A stretch of DNA of 64,000 nt from Marsupella aquatica. Its lineage: Eukaryota > Plantae > Marchantiophyta. Both the position numbers and the translations under genes were made by a program. Where the stretch lies: assembly GCA_973895155.1 (NCBI GenBank), contig OZ316892.1:10272283-10336282 (forward strand), in the 5' to 3' direction. The first letter of the stretch is position 1. Each line of letters begins with the position of its first letter. Below are positions 52,701 to 64,000 of this stretch, one piece after another. The notes beneath the pieces are model-generated. The model searched no databases and was not told where the DNA came from. It worked only from the letters and a program-made list of their open reading frames with translations.

Positions 52701-53354
52701 CCAATGTGGATGCCAGACATCGATGTTGAGGTGAGATGTCAAGATTTTTTGGTTTAAATTATAGGTGTTTTTTGCCAGCGAGGTCGCTGGCCTTCACAGC
52801 CTCAGTATTTGACATATTTTTTGCTTTTCCAGGTTTGCAATCTCAGTCTGGATTTGTTTTGTCAAACTGAATTCGATGGGAAGATCCCCAAGGACCCGAA
52901 GTACATCCCCATGGCAACATCTGAGGATGCATCTCATAAGAAGTTACTCACTCTTTGTTACCCAAAAATAAATGTCAGGACTGAGTTAGCTTTTGCAGGG
53001 TCTTGTCGATTATCTGTTGGATTCATGCAGGCGGTGATGGAGCTTTTGACAAAGCCAAGAGACATTGTGCTAGATTGGAATGTTGGAGATGGAAGTTCAT
53101 TCCGAGCGGGGGAACTCTTGGGGAGGTTTGTAGTTGGGGTTGAGGATAGGGAATTTCTCCATGATGCTGCGCAGGAGTCGTTGAAGTTGGTTCTGGATCG
53201 TCATAAGAAAATTGAAGACATCACTGTCGGGATGGGTACTGATCATTGGAGGACGGGGATTCAGATGACGAGTTTACTCTTGCCGGATCGAGTGGTGGAA
53301 GAACGAAAGTTTCTGCTCCGGATGGGAAAGATGACCACGATGAATTTGACCTAG
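49759..53354 (+). pseudogene. MULE second gene: ParB/Srx-like domain + long middle region + beta-class N4/N6 DNA methyltransferase-like domain
   Basis: Exon 1 from ATG 49759 reads through a probable CGA>TGA at 50113: IPLCRM...VR.L....I..LK..F...GY...FYV...FYVFDGNHRLYSW (DGNHR at 50305-50319). Introns at 50454-50566, ~51930-52050 and 52731-52832. A-run frameshift at ~50735 and in-frame TAG at 52224. MTase-like AHLGFIALPTG (motif IV position), RPMLSDDGYVAV, then ELLTKPRDIVLDWNVGDGSSFRAGELLGRFVVGVE (motif I region). Confidence 0.75.
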
Positions 53355-53433
53355 AGTAATGTACTTATCCTGTCTCATACCAAATCCAACTGTGTTTAGA
53401 AAGTTAAGTTCAGTTTTTTCCACCTTGAATTAA

Positions 53434-53811
53434 TTGGCTGCTGATTTTGCTTCTTACAATGATCGGCGTGTAGATTGGTTCTTGGAGGAGAGATTTTGGC
53501 TCCGAAAGGAAATTGAGGGCGCTTTTCTCTTCTCGCCTGAGAAATCGTTCACTCTACCTTGCTATGCGGAGAAGTCTACAATTGAAGCTGATGAGACTTT
53601 TGTTATGACTTGGGAAGGAAAAGGTCGGAGGTCAGATCGTGGCGCTCGGAGGAATTTGTACAGCCTTCCTTTCATTGATGTTGAGGCGGGTCATGTGAAG
53701 AGATATGTGGACGAGTCCGCTGAGTCAACTGATAGGGAGTTTAGCAGTGAGGAAATCAATAGTAGTAGAAGGAGTGATTTGGAATCAGATGAAAGTCATT
53801 CCACAAATTAG
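53434..53811 (+). CDS. Small ORF or extra exon inside the MULE, acidic C-terminus, unknown function
   Basis: 125-codon open frame with non-ATG start between the MTase-like gene and the right TIR. Contains LPFIDVEAG and an acidic Ser-rich tail. Confidence 0.35.
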   Translation: MAADFASYNDRRVDWFLEERFWLRKEIEGAFLFSPEKSFTLPCYAEKSTIEADETFVMTWEGKGRRSDRGARRNLYSLPFIDVEAGHVKRYVDESAESTDREFSSEEINSSRRSDLESDESHSTN

Positions 53812-56054
53812 TGTGAAGTTTTATTCTGCTTGTGTGTCCCCTGAATGGGAAGCAACAGAATAAGCTTGATCTCTTTAGCCATTCTGGAGAACTTACTCTC
53901 AGTTTCAATAAAGTAATCGAGGCAGCCAATTTTGATGAGTGGGAAATGTCTGTAACTTGAGTATAATCTTTATTGGTTTTCTTGTTTTGTTCAGTTTTGT
54001 GTATGATGGAAGGCTAGCGCCCTCGCTTACAACCCATGTGCATTATGAAAGGTTTGACAAATGCTTACTTAGTTTGGTTGTGTGAATTCCTTTCTAGGCA
54101 CTAAATATGCCATTCAAAAAATGACATATCCCTCGCTAGCAAAAGCTCTTGTCGCTAGCAATTTCTCCTGTTTCCTTGCATGGTACAAACCCCCTTTAGT
54201 GAGTCCATCTGAGCACATTGTCAAACCTTTATGTCCATCTGGGCTTTTCTTACTCATTCTTCCCTTTTTTCCCAACATATTTTCCAATTTTTTCCTTCTA
54301 TGAGTGTTATAAGGTCTCCACTGGACTACAAAAAGAAAAGTGCATGTTCTCTATAAGAGTGCTATTAATACACTTATTGGTAGGAGTTGCTATTTGGTCC
54401 GGGTCCATCAGCGATTGGATGAGCGAGGGTATGTGGTGAGGGTGTGCCCCATGTTTAGAGTTTGCAGAATCTCTTGTGCAAAGTATCTAGAAGTGTGAAG
54501 TCTTGTGCTTGCACTTACAGCATAGTTTACATCTATGTAGGTGCAAGAGCATTTGGGTTTGCACATCTTGCTTAGTGCAGACTATGGATAAGTGCAAGTC
54601 TGGGCCTTCTTCCTGAGGCCTTGCACATCTTCTCAGTTTTATCTAATGACACTTGTCATTGCAAGTGTCAAGTTGTGCACCAATTACAGGTGTCTGGCAT
54701 CAGGGACAAATCCTATCATTATTGTTGTCTTAACATTTCCCAAGCTAGTGAGGGCTCTATGAGAATAATATAGTCAAAGTTCTATAAGTGTAAGGCCTCA
54801 GGACGAAGGCCCCTGCATTGTAGCAAGTCATAAGACCAATTTGAGAAATGGTGCATTTATTGATTGACTATAATAGACTGTACATTTAGAGGATACATAT
54901 ATATAATGAACTAGTAGAGTGAAGGAAAACAAAGTAAAGGTACAGTCAGCTCCTCCCTTGATACCACTGAAGGAATCCCCTCAACACACCATTCATAAGT
55001 TCAGTTTGGGAACTTCATCCCTCAACTCCTGCCTCTTATCTATAAGTGCAACATTTAGTAGATGGCCAGACGCTATGGTTGCACTTATGTGTAACTGCAC
55101 TCTATTGCGTTTTTGTTATGGTTTTTCTCATAAGGATAGGACTGCATCAACACTTGTAAAGGTCTTGTGCCTCGGTCTACAGTGGGTTCCATGTCAAACA
55201 CAACAGTTTGGGTAATAAACACCCTAGACTGTTTTTTTGAGAGTTTAAAGCATTTTAAGTTCAATGCTTTATGCTGAAAAATGGATTAAAAAGCACCTTG
55301 TTATTAATTTCACAAAAATTATAAGTATTCCACTAAACCCAAAAACATCCCTATACTTACTCACTGGTGTGGATATTAAGAGGAAAATAGTGAGGACCCA
55401 GGGAAGACGTATTGTATCTATAAAATAATTTGTTGTTGTAGTGAGCCTCTTTGTCACTTAGACTAACTGCAAAAAAGTCCATTTTCCCACTCAAAAAGAG
55501 AAAGAACCTCCTCCCTTGCAATAAGTCAGGGTTTTATTAAGTGCATGGGGGAGCAGTTATTCATGCTCACTTAGGCAGGATCGACTATACTCCTAATAGT
55601 CATTGTGCCTATTCTCTACTTGCACACTCAACTTAATGATGATTGAGTGCATAATTTCTCAAATTGCATTTATGACTGGCTGCAATTAACATGGAAGTGC
55701 ACATAGGGGCCTTTGTCCCAAGGTCTTGCACTTAGGGATGATGGACTATATTGCTCCTCTAGAGTCCTCACTATACTAGCTTGGGAATCTACATCTATAA
55801 TAAGGGATCCCGCCAAATCCCTCTCATCGTCCGTTTACAAAAAGAGACAAAGGAGGGAACATTGCTTTACCGTCAGACATGTGCAGGAATATTCACGACT
55901 CTTGGATTGGGGGACAAGGTGCCCATAATTTGAATAGACTTAGGATAAAGTATACTTAGTTATGCTAATTATTAGGGACTACTATGTCCTTAGCGCGCGT
56001 GCTAAGCATGAATTAGACCGGATCACTCATTAACCGCCATGCTGGCGGCGTCAC

Positions 56055-59000
56055 AAACTTACGATGGGGCCTATGAGCAAAGTGGACAAAAGTTCCTGAG
56101 TTGGCTCTCCACAATGGAGATTCATCTTCAAGCGTGCGTTGAGCGATCCACTTGGGCTACCGCAACTGCTCCTTACCTGAAGGACTATGCCTTGACTTAG
56201 TACAAGTCTTGGAAGAAGTCACGAGAGGACTCTTCCTTGCCGTTAACTTGGGAAATCATGGTTGAGGGTCTCCGTGCTCATGTCACCACTAAGTACTCAG
56301 AGCGGCACGCTCATAAATGTGTAACGGAGATGAGTTTTACGGGTGATATCCAAAAGTTCATAACTTATTACCAGAACCAGTTGGCGTGTATCCCGGCGGG
56401 GCAAGAGACCCTACATACGCAGCTTCACAACTTTATAGTGAAGCTCCCACCGTTGCTCAGGGAAAAGTTATAGGAAAAGCGTCATGAGTTTAAAACGCTT
56501 TCTGACGCTTTCGACAAGGCCACTACGTTGGTGAATAACCGACCGGACTTGGCAAAGGTGGGTGGCAAGGGAACTGAGGGGGAAGTTGGGAAAGCAAAAG
56601 GTCCCAAGAACAAGGGTAAGCAACCGGAGGGGGCGGGGGCCGGTGATTTGGATCCTCGGCCCCTAAATGGAGAAGCAAAGCGCAACTGAAAGGCCGACAA
56701 CTTCAAGAAATGAACCTCATCGGCACAGAAAGCAAAGAAGTAGGCGCTCATGGAGCAGAGGTGTGCGGGAGGTTCATGCTACACATGTGGCGCCATGGGC
56801 CATCAAAGTAAGGATTGCCCCTCAAAGGGTGGCAAGCCGAGTGAAGATGGAGGGCAAAAGGGCATTAAGGTAAGTATCGCTCTAACCAAACCCTTAGTAG
56901 TTGACGAGGTCCCTGTGGGGATGTTCTTGCCGGAGAGAAGGTGTTGTTGCAAGGGAAAGTACCTAAGGTTAAGACAATGGATCCTGAAAAGCTGATATTT
57001 GTGAATGTCACTTCTAACAGTAATCTGGGTGTTGCGTTGGTAGATACAGGTGCGACCGCCTACTTCATAAGTGGGTAGGTAGCGGCACGTCTTGGGGTGG
57101 ACGTGCAAGAGTTGCTACAACCGTTAGTGTGCAAGTTTGCCAACGACACAAAAAGGATAGTGTCAAGAGTGGTGCATAGACTTGGGTAGAGGTCATACGC
57201 GAACAACAAAATTTTGTTAGTCAAGAGATGTTCTACGTTCTAGATGGTCTAGCGGTAGACTTCATTTTGTCGGTAGGTTATCTCAAGAAGCACAATGTTA
57301 CCTTGAAACCGGGGGATGAGGTGCTTCATGCATTTTCCCAATAAGGGCGATGAGCCCATCGTTGTACACAAAATTACCAAAAATAAATAAATATTTCTCA
57401 AAGTAAAGTGTCGTGGTTGTCTCCGTGTGTATCGGCAAAGCAATGGTGGAAAGGCTTCAAGGGTGGGCATGAATGTCTTTTCTTTCATCTCCACCCAGTT
57501 AAGGAGGCTGCCTCGTAGCCAAAGGTTAAGTCAGCTAAGGTCGGGCCCGACTGCGGTCAAATTAATGAAATTTTAGAGGAATTCAATGATGTGCTCTCGC
57601 AGAAGCTACCTAAAGGTTTACCCCCGCGGAGAGAAGTGGATCACCAAGTTGAGTTGGAGCCAGGTTAGGCTCCTCAGGCTAAAGCTCCTTATCGTCTGAA
57701 CCTGAATGAATGAATGATGTTGAAGAACACCTTGGAAGAATTGATCAACCAAGGTTCATTCGTCCTAGTACGAGTCCTTATGAGGCGCCCGTGCTGTTGG
57801 TGTCCAAAAAGGATGGTACTTTAAGATTGTGCGCAGATTATCGAGCCCTCAATAAGCAAACGGTAAAGAACAAATACCCGTTACCTCATATCCAGGATGA
57901 CCTCTTCGATTGCCTCTCCGTGGCTAAGAAGTTTTCAAAGGTGGACTTGTAGTCTGGGTATTACCAAATTTGCATGGCTAAGGGAGACGAGTATAAGACC
58001 ACGATGCGCACAAGGTTTGGATCCTACAAATTTTTGGTTATGTTGTTCGGGTTGTGTAATGCAACCGTAACATTCATGAAGATGATGAATACCATCTTTC
58101 ATGACTTGTTGGACCAAGGAGTGGTCGTCTTTATTGACGACATCCTAATCTACTCAAAAATGTTGGAGGAACATGAGAAGTTGCTCAGAGAAGTGTTCTC
58201 TTGCCTTCGTAAGGCTCGTCTCTTTGCTAAACCTAGCAAGTGCGAGTTTGCGATGAACGAGATTCAATTCCTTGGCCATACCTTTACCCGAAGGGGATTA
58301 CGCCTAGTCAGGACAAGCTTAAAGAGATCAAAGAATGGGAGCGCCCATCCAATGTAAGGCACGTTAGAGCCTTCTTGGGGTTTACGGGGTTCTATCAGAG
58401 ATACATGAAAGACTGCAAGGATCGCAAGGCCCCTAAATGCGCTAATGTTGAAAAACAAAGTGTTTGTGTGGACACAGGATTGCGAGTTAGCATTCTTAGA
58501 ACTCAAGCGGCTAATGATAATGTGTGACACGGGTAACGTGTCACTTGACCGAACCCAGGTCGTAGATTAGGACTTCTACGGTCATTAGGACCGTAGCTAT
58601 AGTGTAGAATAGCATGTATAGCCGTCTGTTGCCATTATGATTAGATTAGGAGTAGGTTAAGCTGATCGAATCATTACGAGTTCAGGAAGGGGATTATTAC
58701 GCACGACCGAGGTATGGTGGCGGCAGCGGAGTAAAAATCAGTTAGAAGAATCACGCTTGGACCGAGGCGCCGACTTCATCTCGCTATCAATGACCAAAAC
58801 GGCCTGGCCTTCTCACGCTTGGGCTCATCCTGGCACCTTCATAAGAGAGGAGCCGATGGTGCTGCGGGCCATTTGCTCATGTCTACCTTTCTTTGAATTC
58901 GCGGACGTTGCCACCCACTCGCCCTGCTGATCGAATCGAGTCGACCTTTACAAGGAGATTATCGAGGGAGAAGGCTTAGTTATCTCAGCAGAGGGAAGGT

Positions 59001-61448
59001 GAGGCACGGGGAGTCCCGGCCTGAGCAGGGTCAGAGTGCACCAAGGAGTGAGAGCTAGAGTCGAGCTTGTTGGGCAAGTGCGAGGCAGGGCCTCGTAGAG
59101 ACTGGGCATCGACTGCCGTTGGGCATGCTGACCCCCTTTGAAGTCGAGTCAACCATGTAAACTGATGCTCCGCTGAGTAAATGTAGTCTTTTCCCCCTAA
59201 TGTTTCTGCAAGTAACTGGTGTTGTGTGTATGCTTTGTCTGGGTAAAGGTGCCATTTTAAGGGACGTACAGGGTGCGGACTAATGGTAGGGATTGCCACT
59301 CATTGTATGTCACAAGGTCCTGTTGTGTCGATGGCTTGAAAGGCCCCAAGCCGGGAGTTAGTCCAAGTCATTAACTGAGGGAATATTCCAGCGGTGGAAA
59401 ACAAATATACCTATGACTAGTACAAATTATTCAGGTGTTATACCGGTAAGTATATCGACTTAGCCCGACTTAGGGCTAATTGAGGTCACTACACACCTCC
59501 TTGCCCGAACCCTCACCATTACTGGTGGTCGAGGTCGCACCATGGCACTAAACTGGATTTAAGGCCCAGGTTAGCGGCGCGACATAATGCCACCAGTTCT
59601 AAAGTTACCTGAGATGGTGAAGCCGTTCGAGATTTGGATAGACGCAAGTGATTATGTCATTGGCGCCTGTCTTCACCAAGATGGGCGTCCTGTGGCCTTC
59701 AAGTCATGTAAGTTGGAAAATCATTGGATCACACCAGAAAGGGAAATGTATGCAGTGATCTACGCGTTGAAGAAGTGGGAGATTTACCTTAAGAACGGTC
59801 CCAAAAGTGATAATACACATGCACTGGTAGATGTTCTTGGCGGACTTCAATTTTGAAGTCCGTCACGTTCCTGGGAAGACAAACACGATAGCTGACGTGT
59901 TATATCGCGTAAGGACCATCATCGTGTCAATGGGATCACGATGCTCAAATCCGAGTGGCCAAAGGTTTTGGCCCAGGCGTATGGGAATGACAAGTTAGCC
60001 AAGGAATGGCAAAGCAATGGGGGTAGCCAAGGCAAGGTGAGGCACATCTCATTGGGGTTGGATACAACGTATAATGTCCAGTTATGGCGATACAAGCAGA
60101 GGCGTGTGTACATCCCAGAGTTTCTAAGATTAGAGGTTCTGCAAAACTACCACGACTTGCCCTGGGGAGGGCATGGCGGACAAGCTGCTACGTATCACAA
60201 CATGTCGCAAGATGTGTATTGGCCAGACATGAAGCAATTGGTTATTCACCACGTGCAAAGTTGTTACTCATGCCAAAAGAACCGACTGGTCTACTGGGCA
60301 AAATGAGGACTTTTGCAACCCTTACCAGTAGCTGCGGCTCCATGGGAGTCCATCTCCATGGACTTCATTGTTGGGTTACCTGAGTCCCACGATAATAACT
60401 CCATCTTAACAATTATGGATCATTTCTCCAAGATGGCGTATTTCTCGCCGACTACAAAAATATGGTTTTGGCCCAAGAGGTTGCCGGTCTAGTTTTTGAC
60501 AATGTCTTTTGACAATGGGGATTGCTGTTGCATATCCTGTCCGACCGCGATACCAAGTTCACGGGCCATTTCTGGAAGGCATTGTTCTGGTTATCCAGAA
60601 TGGACCTGACTAGAGGATCAGCGTATCATCATGAGACGGATGGCCAAATGGAATGGGTGAATGGTATCATGGAGGACTACTTGCGTCACTAGTGATGGCC
60701 AATCAAAAGGATTGGGCAAAGCACTTAACAATGGCCGAGTTTAGGTACATAACTCGACCAAGCATTTGACGACGGGGTTTGTGCCGTTTATGTTGGCCAC
60801 AGGGAGGATGCCAAGGGCGCCCTCCTAGTTCATAAATCTGGAAGCTTGGCAGATGGAAAGCAAGGTTTCTTCTGCATATGATTTTATTCGGTGCGACGCC
60901 TAGTTGTGGAAGCGACTACCAAGGGAATGACCCTTGCCCAAAGTCGGTACAAGGAGAAAGGGGATAAACATCGACGCCAGGTAAGCTTTGAAATTGGGGA
61001 GAGCGTTTGGTTGCAGTTGAGTCCTTGAGCAATACCACGGGAACATAAGTAGGAAGCTAGCTCCCAGATATGCAGGCCCTATCGCATCATACGTTGGGCC
61101 CACAAGGATAATCTGGTTTCGGTGGTGTTGGAGACACCCAAGGAAATGGGCGTGGGCAAAAGCTACCATGTTAGCCGGCTCAAGAAATTTGTCAAAGACA
61201 ATGATCCCAACCGGGATCAAGTCTTGCGTCCGGACGCCATGCTAATGGAGGACGCTGAGGAGTTTGAGGTGGAGGCAATTCTGGACCACCATTACAAACG
61301 CAAGTTGGGAAGGCAAATCTTAGAGTATTTGGTGAAGTGGGCTGGCTATGATCAGGTCGAGAGTAGTTGGGAACCGGAAGAAAATTTGGGTAATGCCCCG
61401 GAGATCCTTGGAAGCTATCATAAGCAAAGCCGCCTACCGCCGTTGTGA
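56055..61448 (+). pseudogene. Chromovirus (Ty3/Gypsy) gag-pol with chromodomain, degenerate, 5' LTR missing
   Basis: gag plus CYTCGAMGHQSKDC, protease LVDTGAT (~57040), RT ([40 protein letters not shown]), RNase H (DASDY.IGA), integrase (GGH.G...TY, PWESISMDFI.GLP, SDRD.KF) and chromodomain EEFEVEAILDH...EYLVKWAGY...SWEPEENL. Many stops and frameshifts. Confidence 0.93.
58523..59584 (+). mobile_element. Solo LTR (1062 bp) inserted in the chromovirus RT-RNase H linker
   Basis: TG...CA ends with 5-bp TSD TAATG at 58518-58522 and 59585-59589. Removal restores LMIM|PPVLKLP. Confidence 0.95.
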
Positions 61449-62627
61449 ACTGGTATAGGCAGCTGTAGGTACCTTTGTGAGTTATATCCTAGTTTCACTC
61501 CTCCCGGCCTCTTGAGGATAAAGTTGGATTACGTGGGCGCTAGAGGTTGTTGGGCGGCCAATTGCTATTTGCAAGTGGAAGTTGATGGTGCTCGCCTCAC
61601 AATTGTGGGCTGGTTGGTTCAAACTAAAGGGGAGTACCCAGGGGGAGAACAATGGGTCCAACGAGTTTGGAGTTAGCTTACCCGCTTGGACTGGCATCCT
61701 ACTTGGATAAGTGGGATAGGTTGGAATTTCCTAAGTCTAGAATGCACATACCAACCTGGTTTGCATTAGCCTTATGGGCAAACCAATTGTTACCTCATAA
61801 AAATTTTAAGACCTAAAGTGGTCTAGGCGTGTTGGAACGTTTATTGAGGTCACGCGGACGTTGTCGTGCCAAAAGATTTTGGCTTAGGAATGGCTTTTAT
61901 AGGGATTGATGGGCGAGGCGTCCCTGTTCAGTTGCATGTATGCTGACTCGGAAAGGTTGCTTGGTTGCTTGGTTGGATGGATTGAGGTTTGATGTTTGGG
62001 TGACTCATCATCACCAGGTTTGGTGTTTGGGTGAGTCACCAGGCTTGGAGTTTGGATGAGCCTCGTTGATGGCAGCTGGCTCAGGTTGGTTTCGGATGCT
62101 ATTTAAGCCTTGAGCTTTGGCTCATTGCGGTTCTCTGTTGGCTATCGAGTTCTGTTGTGTTCCGTTCTGTGAGTTTCGCTGTGTTCTGTGGAATTCGACT
62201 ATTGTGCGGCAATTTTGGTGTTTTGTGCAAGTGTTGGATCCGGTGTGGGTTCTCGAGCTTGGAGTCTCGTTGATCCAGGCTCGAGTTTCTTGTGAGCTAG
62301 GTTAGGACTAGTCGAGTAGCTAGTCAAGTTTTGGATTTTGTGAGATAAGGAGGAGAGTTTTTCCGTCAAATTTTGAGTAGATAGCCACTCGAGGAGTTCA
62401 GCTTGACAAGTTAGAGGTAGCGGCCCGCCGTAGGGCCAGCTACTAGACTCTTGCGAGCAAGCTTACTCGAGGGCACCCATTGTAACCATTGAGAGAAAAG
62501 TAAAAAAATTAAGGAGTGAGAGTTCGCTCCGAAAAGTGCTTGTTGCCTGTCCCAATCGCAGCCAAAAATGCGCAGTTTACCCGAGGAGCCCCTAACTTCT
62601 AGTCCACGCAACAACGTGACCATTTTT

Positions 62628-64000
62628 AAGGGGGGGTGCAAGTCACGGAACTCGATACCTCAACACTAAGCTCCGACGTCACTGACACCAATGCCGAGCT
62701 CCCTTATGGTCCAGGCCCATATAGGCCATCCAGAGAGGACTTAGCATAGGGAGACTTGTGGGCAATGAGACGTGGCACTGGCGAAGGCAAGGTGCCAAGC
62801 TGGTGACACACACTAAGGACTTAGGCTAGCTGAGAGCTGGTCGGGTCAAGGGGATAAGGGGCTAGGCTCAAGGTTGACCGTCCGGACCCCCGGACAAACT
62901 TTGAGTTTTGAGGGCTTGAGTGTGAGCTCCTCTTGGGCCCAAGGCCAATGGAGTTGATGCCATGGGCAACAGACGCTTGGGGCGCGAGTTACGGCCTGAT
63001 CCGGGTTTGGCCGATCGGGGACCCCAAGTAGCAATGAGACCTGAGGGCCTAAGCATGAGCACTAGGTTGGCCCGATCACAACGGGCTAACTAAGGCACTC
63101 CGCTTGCGGACGCCTAACGAGAAAGTTATGGGCGTTGCCAGTTGGTGGCGCGCCCAATATGCAAGATAGGGTCCGGGTTGGGGGCCAAAAGTTTAGGGAC
63201 CAAAGCTGGTCCAGGGGTGACAGGTCTCTAGAAGCATATATGAGGGGAGTGGTGTCTCCCTGGGGGCTAAGGGGCGAGCCGAAGTTGTGAGCCGCGTCGG
63301 TCGCAACACTAAGGGAAACCACCAAACGGATATGACGATATCTTCCCAACGGGAAGTCTGTTGGAGGACTTCTTGGGTGAGTTGGAAAGCTCTCAAAGAA
63401 GGCTACGTCTTCTTGAGCTCAGTTGGGTCTAGGGACACCATGGGTTCTTGGGGTTTGCGGGTGTTATCTCGCCCATTTGCCAAATCCTACCGAAATAGCA
63501 GCCATGTCGCGTTCAGTCTCCCAAGGGAGCTTGCATTGGGGAGACAAGGCCAAGTAGCGTGGAGGATGATTTCCAAGGGTGCTTGGCCCCTAGACCATCA
63601 GTGGGGAAAACCGGGAGTTGGTTGCTAGAGTCGGGGCCATTCTGGTCCCGACATGTTGGGACAAGCTTTAGGACAAGCTATGCTAATTGGGCCATGAGCA
63701 TGTCCTGGGGTCAGGGCGGTCAGTTGGTGATGGATGTACGAGGGGAAACCCGGGCTGCGCCCAAGGAAGGAGCTATTATGGACGTCAAACAGTGGGCGTG
63801 GGTTCTGGTTCCAGCTTATGGCGTTGGGAGGACCTATCACTGACCTATTTACCAATGTCCGTTGAGCTTGATTTAGGATGCTAGACTTGGGAGTTCTAGA
63901 TCCTGAAGGGTTACTTACCAAGGTGCTTGGTTGTTTGTGCAGACTATGAGGACCGTTGAGTAGCGGTCGTGTTGGAGAGCAAGTGCGGCTTCGTATGGGA
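62628..64000 (+). mobile_element. PPT and 3' LTR, probably of the chromovirus; runs off the window
   Basis: Polypurine tract aaggggggg at 62628-62636, followed by sequence homologous to the LTR fragment at 5495-6090. LTR start is ~62637-62641. Confidence 0.65.

Larger units (their letters stand above)
37003..54194. mobile_element. Full-length Mutator-like (MULE) DNA transposon, interrupted by a 7.5-kb retroelement-derived segment
   Basis: 9-bp TSD TTTAGTGAG at 36994-37002 and 54195-54203. Imperfect G-initiated TIRs: GGGTATGACTACCATGCGAGGAAACAGGAAAAA vs reverse complement GGGGGTTTGTACCATGCAAGGAAACAGGAGAAA. Internal MULE-type transposase and a second gene. Confidence 0.92.

Noticed and set aside
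49759-53354. Bacterial contamination as the source of the ParB/MTase gene
   Set aside because: The gene has GT-AG introns and lies within plant-type MULE TIRs and TSD, adjacent to a spliced GPAT9.
40969-59584. One intact 18.6-kb LTR retrotransposon (matching LTRs, TAATG on both outer flanks)
   Set aside because: The second LTR has its own TSD on both sides and no PPT, its upstream flank duplicates that of the first LTR, and the interval contains half of a MULE.

Overview
Eukaryotic, TE-rich plant DNA. Spliceosomal introns and the host genes point to a land plant; a non-seed plant such as a liverwort is my inference. There are three recognisable host genes: a PADRE/DUF4228 gene, an intronless cyanobacterial-type plastid protein gene and a 12-exon GPAT9. 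They lie among a CACTA 3' end, a CRE-like non-LTR fragment, MITE-like elements, many short tandem duplications and nested Ty3/Gypsy elements. The main find is a complete, decayed Mutator-like element (37003-54194; TIRs and 9-bp TSD TTTAGTGAG). Besides its DDE/SWIM transposase it carries a divergently oriented, intron-containing gene fusing a ParB/Srx-like (DGNHR) domain to a beta-class N4/N6 DNA-methyltransferase-like domain. Its non-coding parts hold about nine copies of an 18-bp palindrome (GCTAGCGAnnTCGCTAGC). This is a candidate TE-encoded protein plus cognate-site chromatin or anti-silencing system. All family calls come from motif recognition by eye; no searches were run.
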